DNA of 64,000 bases from Planctomycetaceae bacterium (GTDB taxonomy: Bacteria; Planctomycetota; Planctomycetia; Planctomycetales; Planctomycetaceae). The stretch is taken from positions 77,110 through 141,109 of the forward strand of contig JAWKTX010000014.1 in NCBI GenBank assembly GCA_041398825.1, in the 5' to 3' direction. Both the position numbers and the translations under genes were made by a program. The stretch's first letter is position 1. The number at the start of each line of letters is the position of its first letter. This document shows, one piece after another, positions 27,764 through 37,649 of the stretch. The notes under the pieces were generated by a model. It ran no database searches. It saw nothing but the letters and a program-made list of their open reading frames with translations, and had not been told where the DNA came from.

Positions 27764-29284
27764 ATGAAGTCTCGCCCTCGTGTCCTGGTTGCCGCGATCT
27801 TTCACGAAACGCATACGTTTCTGGAAGGCGTTACAAAGTGGTCGGATTTTCAGGTGATGATCGGGCAGCAAATGCTGTCGATTGCCGGCGACAGCAGTCC
27901 ACTTGGAGGCGCGTTAGAGGCTGGTGATGAACTGGGTTGGGAGATTTGTCCTGCGCTGGCGGCGACGGCGTCCCCGAGCGCAATTGTTTCGGACGAAGTG
28001 TATCAGCTTTATCTGCAGCGTCTGTTGATGGCTCTGGAGATGCACCGGCAGCAGGGACCACTGGATGCTGTCTTTCTGGTGCTGCACGGGGCCATGGTTT
28101 GCGAATCGATTGAAGATGTCGAAGGGCAATTGCTGGAAGACCTCGCCGCGCATCTTGGACCGTTAGAGCTCCCTGTATTTGGTGTTTACGATCTGCATGC
28201 GAATTTCACGCAGCGAATGGCGCAATTTGCCGACTGTCTGGTGGCCTATCGTCAGAATCCTCATGCTGACGCGCGTGAATCTGCTGTCCGCGCGGTTCGA
28301 TTGCTCGACGATTGTCTGAAAAGCAAGACCAGGCCTCGCATGCTGTTGTCTCAACCCAGCCTGATGTGGCCGCCCACGGGGACAGGAACAGCAACCGAGC
28401 CAATGGCGTCTCTGCTGGAAAAGGCTCGGCATCTGCAGCTTCGTTACCCGGAATTTCTCGAAGTCAATGTCAATGCGGGCTTCAGCTTTGCGGACACGCC
28501 TGAAACCGGAGTCAGTTTTTCGATTGCAACAACCGGCGACGATGCCTCCGCAGAATCAGCCCTGCAGGAATTGACCCAGATGGCTGTTGAGCTTGCAGAA
28601 AAAGGAAATGTCCTGGAACGACCCGTTGATAATGTGTTGGCAGAACTCCCCCGGGATCAAGCCGGTTTATTGGTTGTTGTCGAACCGTCGGACAATATCG
28701 GCGGCGGAGCTCCCGGCGATTGCACCGGCTTGCTGCGGGCATTTCTCAGGCACGGTTTCAGGAACACGGCCATCTGCATCAATGATCCGGAGGTTGTGGG
28801 TGCGTTACAAAAGCATACAACGGGAGATCAGATTCGGATCCAGCTGGGCGGTAAAGGAAGTCAACTTGATCCGGGCCCGGTCGAGCTGGAGGTGGTGCTG
28901 GTGAGCCTGCATGCGGGGAAATTTGAACTGGTGGACAAGCAAAGCCACCTCGCTTCGATGGTTGGCGATTTCTTCGATATGGGCGACTGTGCCGTTATCA
29001 GAGTGGAAGGTATTACCATCCTGGTCACGAGCAATAAGACACCGCCGATGGATCTTGGTCAATGGCTGCACGTGGGCCTGGATCCGTCCCGGTTCTCATT
29101 CGTTGGCGTCAAGGCTGCTGTCGCTCATCGAAAAGCGTGGGACACAATATCTGTGGGAAACGTCTGGGTCGGCACACCAGGGCCATGTTCGAGTGATCTG
29201 GCACAGTTGCCTTACCGCAGGATTCGACGGCCCATTTTTCCGTTAGACGACTGTCTGAAACCAGACTGTCTGAAGTCTGACTGA
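27764..29284 (+). CDS. M81-family metallopeptidase (MlrC-like)
   Basis: The N-terminus PRVLVAAIFHETHTF (DUF1485/MlrC N-domain signature) and a length of ~506 aa fit the family. The ATG at 27764 is preferred over the longer track ORF that starts at 27689. Confidence 0.8.
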   Translation: MKSRPRVLVAAIFHETHTFLEGVTKWSDFQVMIGQQMLSIAGDSSPLGGALEAGDELGWEICPALAATASPSAIVSDEVYQLYLQRLLMALEMHRQQGPLDAVFLVLHGAMVCESIEDVEGQLLEDLAAHLGPLELPVFGVYDLHANFTQRMAQFADCLVAYRQNPHADARESAVRAVRLLDDCLKSKTRPRMLLSQPSLMWPPTGTGTATEPMASLLEKARHLQLRYPEFLEVNVNAGFSFADTPETGVSFSIATTGDDASAESALQELTQMAVELAEKGNVLERPVDNVLAELPRDQAGLLVVVEPSDNIGGGAPGDCTGLLRAFLRHGFRNTAICINDPEVVGALQKHTTGDQIRIQLGGKGSQLDPGPVELEVVLVSLHAGKFELVDKQSHLASMVGDFFDMGDCAVIRVEGITILVTSNKTPPMDLGQWLHVGLDPSRFSFVGVKAAVAHRKAWDTISVGNVWVGTPGPCSSDLAQLPYRRIRRPIFPLDDCLKPDCLKSD

Positions 29285-29397
29285 TTCTTGCGGGACCACC
29301 CGATTGGTTTCACGCAACAGCCCAATCATTCGTCCCTTGGCTGCCGCAACTTATTCAACAACCAGTTTACGACGAACCGCAACCGAGGCACTGTTCT

Positions 29398-30768
29398 ATG
29401 TCCGGCGACTCTAACGACAATCAGGTGCCGAGTCCGTATGTCTCTCCCCTGCCATCGGATCCTTCCACGCGGCCCACAGTGGTGCGTTATCAGATCGTTG
29501 CGATCAGTGTTCTGATGGCTTTTATTCTGTACCTCGATCGCATCTGTCTGGGAGAGATCGTAAAAACGGATGCCTTTATTGAAGACATGAATCTTCCGCC
29601 GGAAGAGGCGAAGAGTCGGATCGGCAGTATTCTGGGAGCCTTCTTTTTTACCTACGCCCTTTTTCAGGTGCCGGCAGGATGGATGAGTGATCGGCTGGGG
29701 GCGAGGAAGGTTCTGGCATTCTATATCTTCCTCTGGTCGCTGCTGACAGGTCTCACAGGATTTGTGGCGGGGACAGCCGGATTGTTGGTCATGCGTCTGG
29801 GTGTGGGTGTCGCTCAGGCTGGCGCGTACCCGACGAGCAGTGCGATTGTGCGACGCTGGGTACCACTGAATGGCCGGGGTCTGGCGAGTTCCCTTGTGTC
29901 ATTTGGTGGCCGCCTCGGTGGAGCAGCCGCACCCTATCTGACCATGTTCTTGATTTTAACTGTCGGCGGGTGGCGGCAGACTCTCTGGATATATGGCGGG
30001 GCAGGGATCGGCATTTCGCTGATCTATTTCCTGGTGGTTCGGGATCGACCGTCCGAACATGGCTCATGCAACGAAGCGGAGAAGAATCTGATCGGTCAAC
30101 CAGTGGATGATCGCAAACCGGAACTGAGTGATGTTCTGAAGATGATTCTGGCGTTTTGCAGAAGTCGTAGTCTCTGGCTGAATTCACTGGGCCAGTTCTG
30201 CATCAACGTCGGCTGGGCTTTTCTGATCACCTGGCTTCCGACGTATTTGAAGGAAGTACACAAAGTGTCGGACGCGGAAGGCGCAAAAATGGTGTCGATC
30301 GTGCTTTCGACCGGTATGCTGGGGCAGTTAATCGGCGGGCGGGCAACGGACTGGAGCGTTCGGCGATTTGGACTTCGTTTTGGTCGTGTTCTACCGATCA
30401 CAGTGGCTAATTTTGTCGCCGGAGGGGCGTATCTGATGTGTATGACGCTCGATTCGCCGTGGGCCATTGTCGCGTGCTGCTCCATGGTTTCAATGATGAC
30501 CGATGTCGGTAATCCATCCATTTGGGCATTCATGCAGGATGTGGGTGGGCGCAATACGGGGGCCATCTTCGGATGGGCAAACATGTGGGGAAATTTTGGT
30601 GCAGCAGCCAGCGCGAAAATGGTGCCATTGTTAGTGGCAGCCGGTGCTGCTAACGGATCTGGCCAGAATCTGGTCTTCATCGCCTGTGCAAGTGCATTCT
30701 TTATTGCAGGAACTGCCGCATTGGGAATGGACGCGACGAAGCCACTAAAAGCGACCTCCGGCGATTAA
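29398..30768 (+). CDS. MFS transporter (anion:cation symporter-like)
   Basis: The 456-aa ORF has ~12 TM helices. MFS motif A (GWMSDRLGARKV) lies between TM2 and TM3. Confidence 0.88.
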   Translation: MSGDSNDNQVPSPYVSPLPSDPSTRPTVVRYQIVAISVLMAFILYLDRICLGEIVKTDAFIEDMNLPPEEAKSRIGSILGAFFFTYALFQVPAGWMSDRLGARKVLAFYIFLWSLLTGLTGFVAGTAGLLVMRLGVGVAQAGAYPTSSAIVRRWVPLNGRGLASSLVSFGGRLGGAAAPYLTMFLILTVGGWRQTLWIYGGAGIGISLIYFLVVRDRPSEHGSCNEAEKNLIGQPVDDRKPELSDVLKMILAFCRSRSLWLNSLGQFCINVGWAFLITWLPTYLKEVHKVSDAEGAKMVSIVLSTGMLGQLIGGRATDWSVRRFGLRFGRVLPITVANFVAGGAYLMCMTLDSPWAIVACCSMVSMMTDVGNPSIWAFMQDVGGRNTGAIFGWANMWGNFGAAASAKMVPLLVAAGAANGSGQNLVFIACASAFFIAGTAALGMDATKPLKATSGD

Positions 30769-30923
30769 TTGCACACAACGTCCGCTGAATAGAAAACTTG
30801 TTTCAACGATTGTGAATCGGTAGCCTTTGTCCGCAGCAAGCGAGATTCAAGACACCCGGACTGCCGCACCTGTCTGTTGCAGAAAAGGCGTCCATGTAAC
30901 GACCTCGGGAAGTTAGTCCCCCC

Positions 30924-31304
30924 ATGAATTCACCGAAGAATGTTTTTGAGTTTGACCAGCAAGGGAATGTCCTGGTTGTCACACCGAATGGGCCATTCAT
31001 GGAATTCCGCGACAATGATATTCGCAATGCCTACAACGATGCCTACCGACTCTTGTGTGCAGAAGACGTGAAGCACCTGCTGATCGATTTTTCTCGTCTG
31101 GATTATTTTGGTTCTACCTTTGTAGGAATACTGATTCGGCTGTCAAAGAAAGTTCGTGGCGATGGAGGTGAGGCGTATCTCTGCCATCTGACCGACAACA
31201 TGCGACAGATGATGAAAACTTTGATGTTGCTTGAAAACACGAAGACAGACTTCTTCTGGCGGCAGTGTGGGTCTCTGGAAGAAGGCCTGGCTTCGCTGAA
31301 ATGA
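30924..31304 (+). CDS. STAS-domain protein (anti-sigma-factor antagonist-like)
   Basis: The 126-aa ORF reads VLVVTPNGPF...LLIDFSRLDYFGSTFVGILIRLSKKV...MMKTLML, the typical SpoIIAA/STAS layout. Confidence 0.75.
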   Translation: MNSPKNVFEFDQQGNVLVVTPNGPFMEFRDNDIRNAYNDAYRLLCAEDVKHLLIDFSRLDYFGSTFVGILIRLSKKVRGDGGEAYLCHLTDNMRQMMKTLMLLENTKTDFFWRQCGSLEEGLASLK

Positions 31305-31397
31305 CAGCCTGCGGGTCAGCCAGGTCAGACTGTTTTCCAGCCCATAACTGTTTGCAGGGCTCCATTCCGCAGATGGGCTGCAGCCGCTCTTATGGCA

Positions 31398-33731
31398 TCA
31401 CGTTTTCTGTTCGCGCCGGGCAATCAGAATTGCCGGCAATAACAGCAGATCGCCGACCAGAGCCAGCAGGAGCAGAGTGACCATCAGGATCGCAAAGCGA
31501 CTGGTAGGTACAAAATCACTGAATGAGAAGATGAACAGGCCCAGCCCGCACGAGACAGATGTCTGTATCATGGCAGCGCCGCAGTGCTGCAGGGCGTAAA
31601 GTGTGGCGTGTTTTCGATCGTAACCTTGTGCGGAACCGCGACGAAAAAACGTGAGGAAATGAAGTGTGTCGTCGACGGCCACTCCGAGGGCCACACTTGC
31701 TGTCATGACGGAGCCAATATCCAGCGGCTGATTCAGCCATCCCATCATTCCAAACGCAACAACAATAGGAAAGACATTTGAAACCATGGCGACGAGACCA
31801 TTGATGATTCCTGCTTCGACGATTGTCATGGTCAGAGTAATAACCGCCAGTGCCGACAGCAGACTAGAGAACAGGTCCTTTAGTAACCGCCCCTGAATCT
31901 CGTGTACGAGCGGCATGATGCCGGATGTCGAAACCGAGACCGAAGAATACTTGTCGGCATTCTGGATCAGGAATTCCTGCGATGCCTGATCTACCTCCCG
32001 CAACAGTTGACCGTAATCGACCGGATGAAGTGCGCTTGTGCGGGCCGTCATTCGCCAGTATTCGCCGTTTTCGTCAACCCGAAGCATGTCCGCCTGCTGG
32101 AATCCGGCTTTCGACAAAGCGATGGCACGGTTCAGAGCATTGATGCGCATGACTCGTGGAAGATTGCTTTCTTCCGGGATGGGAGGGAAGAAGGCCAGTG
32201 CAGAGGTTGTGCGCGAGAGTGATGGCCGTTTTGAAAGGGATCGATCAATTTCGTATAACAATTCCATACGCTGGCGGTCGTGCAGCCTGCAGTCTTTTTG
32301 AAATGTGACCAGGATTTCGATGGGAACCAGCGGTCCGATATGATCTTCGAGCCATTGGTAATCCTGCAGAATTCGGCTGTCGCCTGGAAACAGCGTCTCA
32401 ACACGGATTGAGGTTTTCACACGCGGCAGACCACAGGCACAGATGATCATGAACAGAATCAGAATGACCAAAGGTAACCGTGTTCGCTGAAGCAGACCGG
32501 CCAGAAATCGCCATGCGTCTGTGTGTTGTTTTGTCTGATCATGGGCAGTCTCCAAACGTGCAGATGCTGTGTTCAGGCTCGAAGTTCTCTTCACGGGAAA
32601 CAGCAGCAGCAATCCCGGGACGAGTGTGAGTACAACGGCGGCGGTGAGAATGACTCCGATAGTCGCATAGATGCCGAACTGTCGAATGGGGGTCAATTCG
32701 CTGACGATCAGAGAAGCACTGCCCATTGCGGTTGTGAGAGCAGAAAGCACACAGGGAAGCCAGCCCTTTTGAATTGCGGCTATAGCCGGGGAAGATGGAT
32801 GGGTTTCGCTGGCAAGTGATTCGAAGTAATAGTTGGACAGATGAATTCCGCCCGCGACGGCAAGGACCTGAATCAGTGGCGGAAGAATAATCAACAGGGC
32901 CGACAGGGTTTCGCCGGTGTAGTAGATCACTGCCAAAGTTGCTCCCTGGCAGAACGTTGCACATCCAAACACAATCAGTGCCGCACGAAATGACCGAAGC
33001 GACAGCCAGCAGAGCAGCATGATCATCAGTGACGAAGGGGCTGCGAATGTCGCGAGAGATTTTTGCGAGGCTTCATCAACCGTGAGTCCGTCAATGACCG
33101 GCCCGGCAAGCTTCAGCTCGGACTCTGCCTGACCTGTGATGCTGGTGCAGATTGTTTTGAGTTCAGCGACCAGTTCGGCACGGTGCCGAAGTCCTTCTTT
33201 TGTGACCGTGACAATCAGGCAGGTCGTCAATCCGTCCGGCCCGATCAGGAAACCCTGCATTCTCTGGACCGCAACATCCGCGGGAATGGCTCGTTGAGAC
33301 GAAGGCGAGTCTATTGCGTCGGAATCAGAATCGATCACACCGGACACAGATGAAGAACGACCGGTTCCGCCCCTGGTCATTTGGAGGAGAGTTTCTCGTC
33401 CGCTCAGTACAGAATATATCCAGGGTTTGGGGTCTGCATTATGCAATGCGGATTCGCTGCGCAGCTGTGCGAGAAGTTCGTCGAGAACGGGGTTCTTCCA
33501 GGTGCAGCCTTTCCAACTGAGCACGACGACATCACCGGGGCCAAACTGTTCCACGAACGCATCGTATTTCATTCGAGGTGCGAATGAATGCCCCACCCAG
33601 TCCAGCGGTGAATTGTTGTTTGATTGCAGTGCCTGGCTGGCGCCATAAACGACAAAGGGAACAAGGATGCCCGTATAAATCAGGAGCAGGCGCAATCTTG
33701 CAGTCAACGCAGGAGCCAGCTGTGTGTTCAT
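31398..33731 (-). CDS. MMPL/RND-superfamily (sterol-sensing-domain type) lipid exporter
   Basis: The ~777-aa ORF has two 6-TM bundles, each preceded by a large loop; this is the HpnN/MmpL-like topology. The start at 33731 gives an ATGA overlap with the stop of the upstream ICMT-like gene. The track start is 33746. Confidence 0.8.
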   Translation of the reverse strand: MNTQLAPALTARLRLLLIYTGILVPFVVYGASQALQSNNNSPLDWVGHSFAPRMKYDAFVEQFGPGDVVVLSWKGCTWKNPVLDELLAQLRSESALHNADPKPWIYSVLSGRETLLQMTRGGTGRSSSVSGVIDSDSDAIDSPSSQRAIPADVAVQRMQGFLIGPDGLTTCLIVTVTKEGLRHRAELVAELKTICTSITGQAESELKLAGPVIDGLTVDEASQKSLATFAAPSSLMIMLLCWLSLRSFRAALIVFGCATFCQGATLAVIYYTGETLSALLIILPPLIQVLAVAGGIHLSNYYFESLASETHPSSPAIAAIQKGWLPCVLSALTTAMGSASLIVSELTPIRQFGIYATIGVILTAAVVLTLVPGLLLLFPVKRTSSLNTASARLETAHDQTKQHTDAWRFLAGLLQRTRLPLVILILFMIICACGLPRVKTSIRVETLFPGDSRILQDYQWLEDHIGPLVPIEILVTFQKDCRLHDRQRMELLYEIDRSLSKRPSLSRTTSALAFFPPIPEESNLPRVMRINALNRAIALSKAGFQQADMLRVDENGEYWRMTARTSALHPVDYGQLLREVDQASQEFLIQNADKYSSVSVSTSGIMPLVHEIQGRLLKDLFSSLLSALAVITLTMTIVEAGIINGLVAMVSNVFPIVVAFGMMGWLNQPLDIGSVMTASVALGVAVDDTLHFLTFFRRGSAQGYDRKHATLYALQHCGAAMIQTSVSCGLGLFIFSFSDFVPTSRFAILMVTLLLLALVGDLLLLPAILIARREQKT

Positions 33732-34777
33732 GACGCGCGACGCCATGCGATGGCTTCGTCATTCCCGATCTGATCTTCCGTTTCCGCATTCCCAGCTTGC
33801 GATGCATTTTCAGAATCACTGCACGCTTCCGCAAACGAGAGTATTCTGCAGGAGGGATTGGTGAGTGAGTTGCTGGCCGGCATGGTGTTGGCTGCCGTCT
33901 GCCGGCGCCCGAGAGCTGCCAGGGGAAAGAAGGGGTAGCCAGGGACGTCTTCACAATATGTCTGGTACGATCGGCCCAGATAGAACTCGAGTCGCCGATC
34001 TTTGAGCACACTGCCGACAAAGATGTAGATGGTCCATGTGCCGGTTAGCAGAGCATGGTCGAAGGACATCCGGGGAGTAAACCAAATCAGCCCAAGGAAA
34101 CTCAGGTAAACGGGATGCCGAAGTATGAGGTACAGGCTGGTTGGCACAAAATCGCGTCGTGGTTGTCGGGTTCCGTTCCACCAATGCATCCATTGTGTCC
34201 AGCCTGTCTGATAACCGAGTCCCGTAAGACTGATACTGTAAAGAAGTGAGATCCATGACAACAGAAATGCCGCAAGCATGAGATTGGCCGGGAGCCCGGA
34301 CAGATCCCAGATCAAATGGGGAGTGGATTTCCAGAATCCAAACATCAGCATCAGACTCGCGCAGGTCGCCAGACAGAAGAAGGCTCCATAGAACTCCGGG
34401 GATATCCATTTACGGAGGCGATTCCGTGTAAACGGGTGAAGCAGGATGCTGTGCGGAATTGCGAACTGCAAAGCCAGCAGGGCATCAGTCAGAACCCAAT
34501 GACTGCTGTCTCTGAATGCGCCAAATCGCAGAAACGAAAACAGATAGACAACGGTCAGGGCAAACACGGCCTGGGTACCGACGCCAACGACGAGCCCGAC
34601 GGTTCTCTGCCATTGCTGCCCGTCCCCTGTCCTGTCAACGGAAGGGTTTTTCAGCAGATCAGGGTGTCCTGTCAGCTCGTTCGGTTCCTTCCGGGCTGCG
34701 GGGCGCATCTGTTCGTCAGGGCCCGTTTCCGCTGGTTCTGGTGTTGGTAGCTGATTGTTGATGGAAAGATGATTCAA
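33728..34777 (-). CDS. membrane-embedded ICMT/PEMT-family methyltransferase
   Basis: The 349-aa polytopic ORF has the C-terminal motif LYLILRHPVYLSFLGLIWFTP, typical of the isoprenylcysteine carboxyl / phospholipid methyltransferase family. Confidence 0.65.
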   Translation of the reverse strand: MNHLSINNQLPTPEPAETGPDEQMRPAARKEPNELTGHPDLLKNPSVDRTGDGQQWQRTVGLVVGVGTQAVFALTVVYLFSFLRFGAFRDSSHWVLTDALLALQFAIPHSILLHPFTRNRLRKWISPEFYGAFFCLATCASLMLMFGFWKSTPHLIWDLSGLPANLMLAAFLLSWISLLYSISLTGLGYQTGWTQWMHWWNGTRQPRRDFVPTSLYLILRHPVYLSFLGLIWFTPRMSFDHALLTGTWTIYIFVGSVLKDRRLEFYLGRSYQTYCEDVPGYPFFPLAALGRRQTAANTMPASNSLTNPSCRILSFAEACSDSENASQAGNAETEDQIGNDEAIAWRRAS

Positions 34778-34792
34778 GAACGGATCACCTGA

Positions 34793-35635
34793 TCACAGGG
34801 ACGATTGTTTTTCGGCGATGAAGCATCCGTACTTCATCGCTCTCGTCTGATAGGCATCCAGAATCGTCTGGAACCGATCAAGAAAAATAAGCTGGCCCCG
34901 ATCTACGATTTTGGCAACCGATCGCATGGCTGTCCTGTTCACTCGGTCACGGCAGATTTCCCAGGTGCGGTACACCTGATCGGTCCAGTCGAAGACCTTC
35001 GTAACGGTGAGACCTGAATCGCTCAGCCATTGCACATAGTCTGCTTCATTGCCAAGAGATGGACAAAAGAAGCCTTCGCAGACATCGTAGACTTGTTGTC
35101 GTCCCACGTCGGTCAGCGGATCATCGCCAGCAAGCCACGCGCAAATTCCAACCCGTCCGTCGGGGCGCAACCAGTTCGTCATTCTCCTGAAGAAAGCTGG
35201 CTTGTCGAACAGATGTTCGGTGCACTCAATGCTCCAGGCAACATCGAAAGAGTTGTCTGCGAATTCCACAGTCTCAGCATCGTGGCAAATAAATTTTGTA
35301 CGACTGGAGGTCCGATGCCATCGGGATGACAGGGATGCCCAGTTTCGCTGAAAGGGGCTGAGGGTCACGCCGGTCACACGGCACTGGTGGTGTTTTGCCA
35401 GATGGATCGAGGATCCTCCCATGCCACATCCAATGTCGATCACGTCTGACTGATCGCGAATGTCGATCTCTTGAATCATTCTTTCTGTAAGCTGCCGGGC
35501 CGCAATATCAGGTGCTTCGTCTGCTTCCCACAGACCGTGGTGAATGTGTTGTCCCCACAGCAGTCTGTAGAACAACGTCGAAACGTTGTAATGGGAACGG
35601 ATAACCTTCTTCTGGACATCAGGGCACGAGATCAT
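34793..35635 (-). CDS. class I SAM-dependent methyltransferase (tocopherol/CFA-synthase-like N-terminus)
   Basis: The 280-aa ORF reads HYNVSTLFYRLLWGQHIHHGLW...VIDIGCGMGGSS...RPDGRVGI. Confidence 0.8.
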   Translation of the reverse strand: MISCPDVQKKVIRSHYNVSTLFYRLLWGQHIHHGLWEADEAPDIAARQLTERMIQEIDIRDQSDVIDIGCGMGGSSIHLAKHHQCRVTGVTLSPFQRNWASLSSRWHRTSSRTKFICHDAETVEFADNSFDVAWSIECTEHLFDKPAFFRRMTNWLRPDGRVGICAWLAGDDPLTDVGRQQVYDVCEGFFCPSLGNEADYVQWLSDSGLTVTKVFDWTDQVYRTWEICRDRVNRTAMRSVAKIVDRGQLIFLDRFQTILDAYQTRAMKYGCFIAEKQSSL

Positions 35636-35688
35636 GAAAGGTCTTCGACATGAAGGGGGCAGACGGGTCGATCAGGAGGCTGCTGTCA

Positions 35689-36486
35689 CTATGGAGTCAC
35701 GGAAAGGACACCATGAATTGTCAGTTGGTCGGTGACACCAACTGCGCCGAATGCCTTTGAAAATGGGCGAATGCCATACTGGGTCTGCAGGATCGCGAAG
35801 CGAGTTCGCAGCAGGTGCTTGCCATCCTTCTCTTCAAGTTCCGCGTTCAGCTGAAGTGGCCGTGTGACGCCATGCAGAGTAAACTTTCCGTTAAGAACGT
35901 ACTGCGGAAGTCCCCGGCGACTTTTCTGTGATGATGCCTTTGATGAATCGATTTGGAACGTTGCCGTCGGAAAGCGCTGAACATCCAGTACTCCTGAACC
36001 TTTCATATTTGCGTTCACCTGCTGTCGGGTCGAGGCGTCTGTGGAACCGGACAGCCCTACTGCGCGTCGGGCGGCGTTCGTATCTGCGTCAAACGAACGC
36101 ATATCGAATACCACGGAGCCCGCGTTCTGATCGGTATCCAGTTTGACAGAACCGCTTTTAATTCGTCCTTCGACGCCGTGATCGTGCCCCAATCCTGTTT
36201 TACCAACAAAGATATAGACGCGACTGGCGACCGTGTCGATATCACCGGACTGTGCTGCGGGTTGCTGGCTGGTTTCAGGTTGCTGTCCGGGGGCAGTTGT
36301 CTGAGGATTCGCCGGGTCGACGACCACTGTGCCTGCGGGATTGCCGAACACCGCTGTCACAAGTGAGGTCATGGCCAACATCATCACGCTCAGACCGATC
36401 AACCATGGGTTGATGACTGGGCGGAATGTGTCGTGCACGACGTTTGTTGAATCGAGGTCTGTGAATTGACTGGCTGGTATCGACAA
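35689..36486 (-). CDS. YceI-family (polyisoprenoid/lipid-binding) periplasmic protein
   Basis: The 265-aa ORF has an N-terminal TM/signal segment. YceI motifs are RVYIFVGKTGLGHDHGVEG..., MRSFDADT and LNGKFTLHGVTRPLQL. The TTG start is preceded by a strong SD (gggaggaag). Confidence 0.8.
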   Translation of the reverse strand: MSIPASQFTDLDSTNVVHDTFRPVINPWLIGLSVMMLAMTSLVTAVFGNPAGTVVVDPANPQTTAPGQQPETSQQPAAQSGDIDTVASRVYIFVGKTGLGHDHGVEGRIKSGSVKLDTDQNAGSVVFDMRSFDADTNAARRAVGLSGSTDASTRQQVNANMKGSGVLDVQRFPTATFQIDSSKASSQKSRRGLPQYVLNGKFTLHGVTRPLQLNAELEEKDGKHLLRTRFAILQTQYGIRPFSKAFGAVGVTDQLTIHGVLSVTP

Positions 36487-36571
36487 AGTCTTCCTCCCTG
36501 AATTGATCCTGGCAGTTGCCGACAGCTATGTCTGGTTTTGAAACATCCTGAGCATTACGCGAAAGACGTGC

Positions 36572-36589
36572 CACAATCTGTGGATTGTG
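36572..36589. repeat. 18-bp palindrome CACAATC-tgtg-GATTGTG in the divergent promoter region of the PKS cluster
   Basis: Perfect 7-bp inverted arms with a 4-nt spacer, read directly from the sequence. It lies 86-103 nt upstream of the yceI-like start and ~325 nt upstream of the methyltransferase ATG. Confidence 0.6.
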
Positions 36590-36914
36590 CCCATGGAACA
36601 CCTGGTCTCAATTGCGTCTCTCGCAGGCTGTGCAACAACTGCGTCTGTCGAACGTTGAACAACAATTGAGAAGATGCCATCAAAGTCAACGGATCAGCCA
36701 ACCAGTTGTTTTCACGCCTTTTCGCATTGCGTTGGATACTATAAAAGGCCTCCGCACGTCGATGTGAATTCCAATCGGAACTCAGGAAACTTTGATTCCT
36801 TCTTGTTTTTCCCGAGTATCTGGTCAAGCGTTGGCCACTTTGGCATTCTCTTCTCCATGGAAAAGATTGCGCTAACCGTTTCCCGCTTAGCGCTTGAAGC
36901 AGAAGGACGCCCGG

Positions 36915-37649
36915 ATGGCCTTTTTGCGCGATCGCAATCGTCAGCCAGAATTGATGGATCAGCCGGAACTGGATGACGATCAGCATCGCGCGGCATTGGC
37001 GGGGCTTGGGCGGGTCAACAAATTCAGTCGAACGGATGCCGTGTTGTGGAGTGTGTTGAGACCCCTTGCGGAATCACAGCCGCATCCTCTGCGAATTCTG
37101 GACGTAGCCTGTGGAGGAGGCGATCTGGCAATTCGGCTGGCTCGCCGGTCACGTCGAACGGGCTTGCAGCTGCAGATTGAAGGCTGTGATATGAGCGCCA
37201 CGGCGATTCAGTTCGCATCGGAAAACGCCGCTCATCATGGCCTGACATCTCTGCGATTTACACAACGCAATATTCTTGCGGAACCGCTGGATCATGGCGC
37301 CTATGATATCGTCATGTGTACGTTGTTTCTTCATCACCTGGACGAGGACGATGCTGTCAAAGTTCTGCAAACGATGCAGAACGGAGCGTGTCGGATGGTT
37401 GTCGTTGATGATTTGCTTCGCACGCAGTTCGGGTACTGGCTTGCGTGGCTGGGAACGCGGCTGCTTACGCGATGCCATGTGGTGCATGTTGACGGGCCGA
37501 TGTCAGTCGAGGGCGCGTTCACGTGGAATGAGGCGAAGAATCTTGCTCGCAAGGCCGGTTTGAGTAACGTTCGACTCTCAACACACTGGCCACAGCGGTT
37601 TCTGCTCACCGCAGCGGTTCAAAACGAAGCTTCCCGCGATGAATCATGA
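36915..37649 (+). CDS. class I SAM-dependent methyltransferase (type III PKS-associated type)
   Basis: The ORF reads MAFLRDRNRQPELMDQPELD...LRILDVACGGGDLAIRLA...DIVMCTLFLHHL. The ATG at 36915 has the SD aagga upstream. The track start is TTG 36894. Confidence 0.8.
   Translation: MAFLRDRNRQPELMDQPELDDDQHRAALAGLGRVNKFSRTDAVLWSVLRPLAESQPHPLRILDVACGGGDLAIRLARRSRRTGLQLQIEGCDMSATAIQFASENAAHHGLTSLRFTQRNILAEPLDHGAYDIVMCTLFLHHLDEDDAVKVLQTMQNGACRMVVVDDLLRTQFGYWLAWLGTRLLTRCHVVHVDGPMSVEGAFTWNEAKNLARKAGLSNVRLSTHWPQRFLLTAAVQNEASRDES

Noticed and set aside
29221-29284. Short direct repeat gactgtctgaa x2 at the 3' end of the MlrC-like gene (encoding DCLKPDCLK)
   Set aside because: It is a small in-frame duplication at a protein C-terminus and shows no sign of a regulatory or mobile function.
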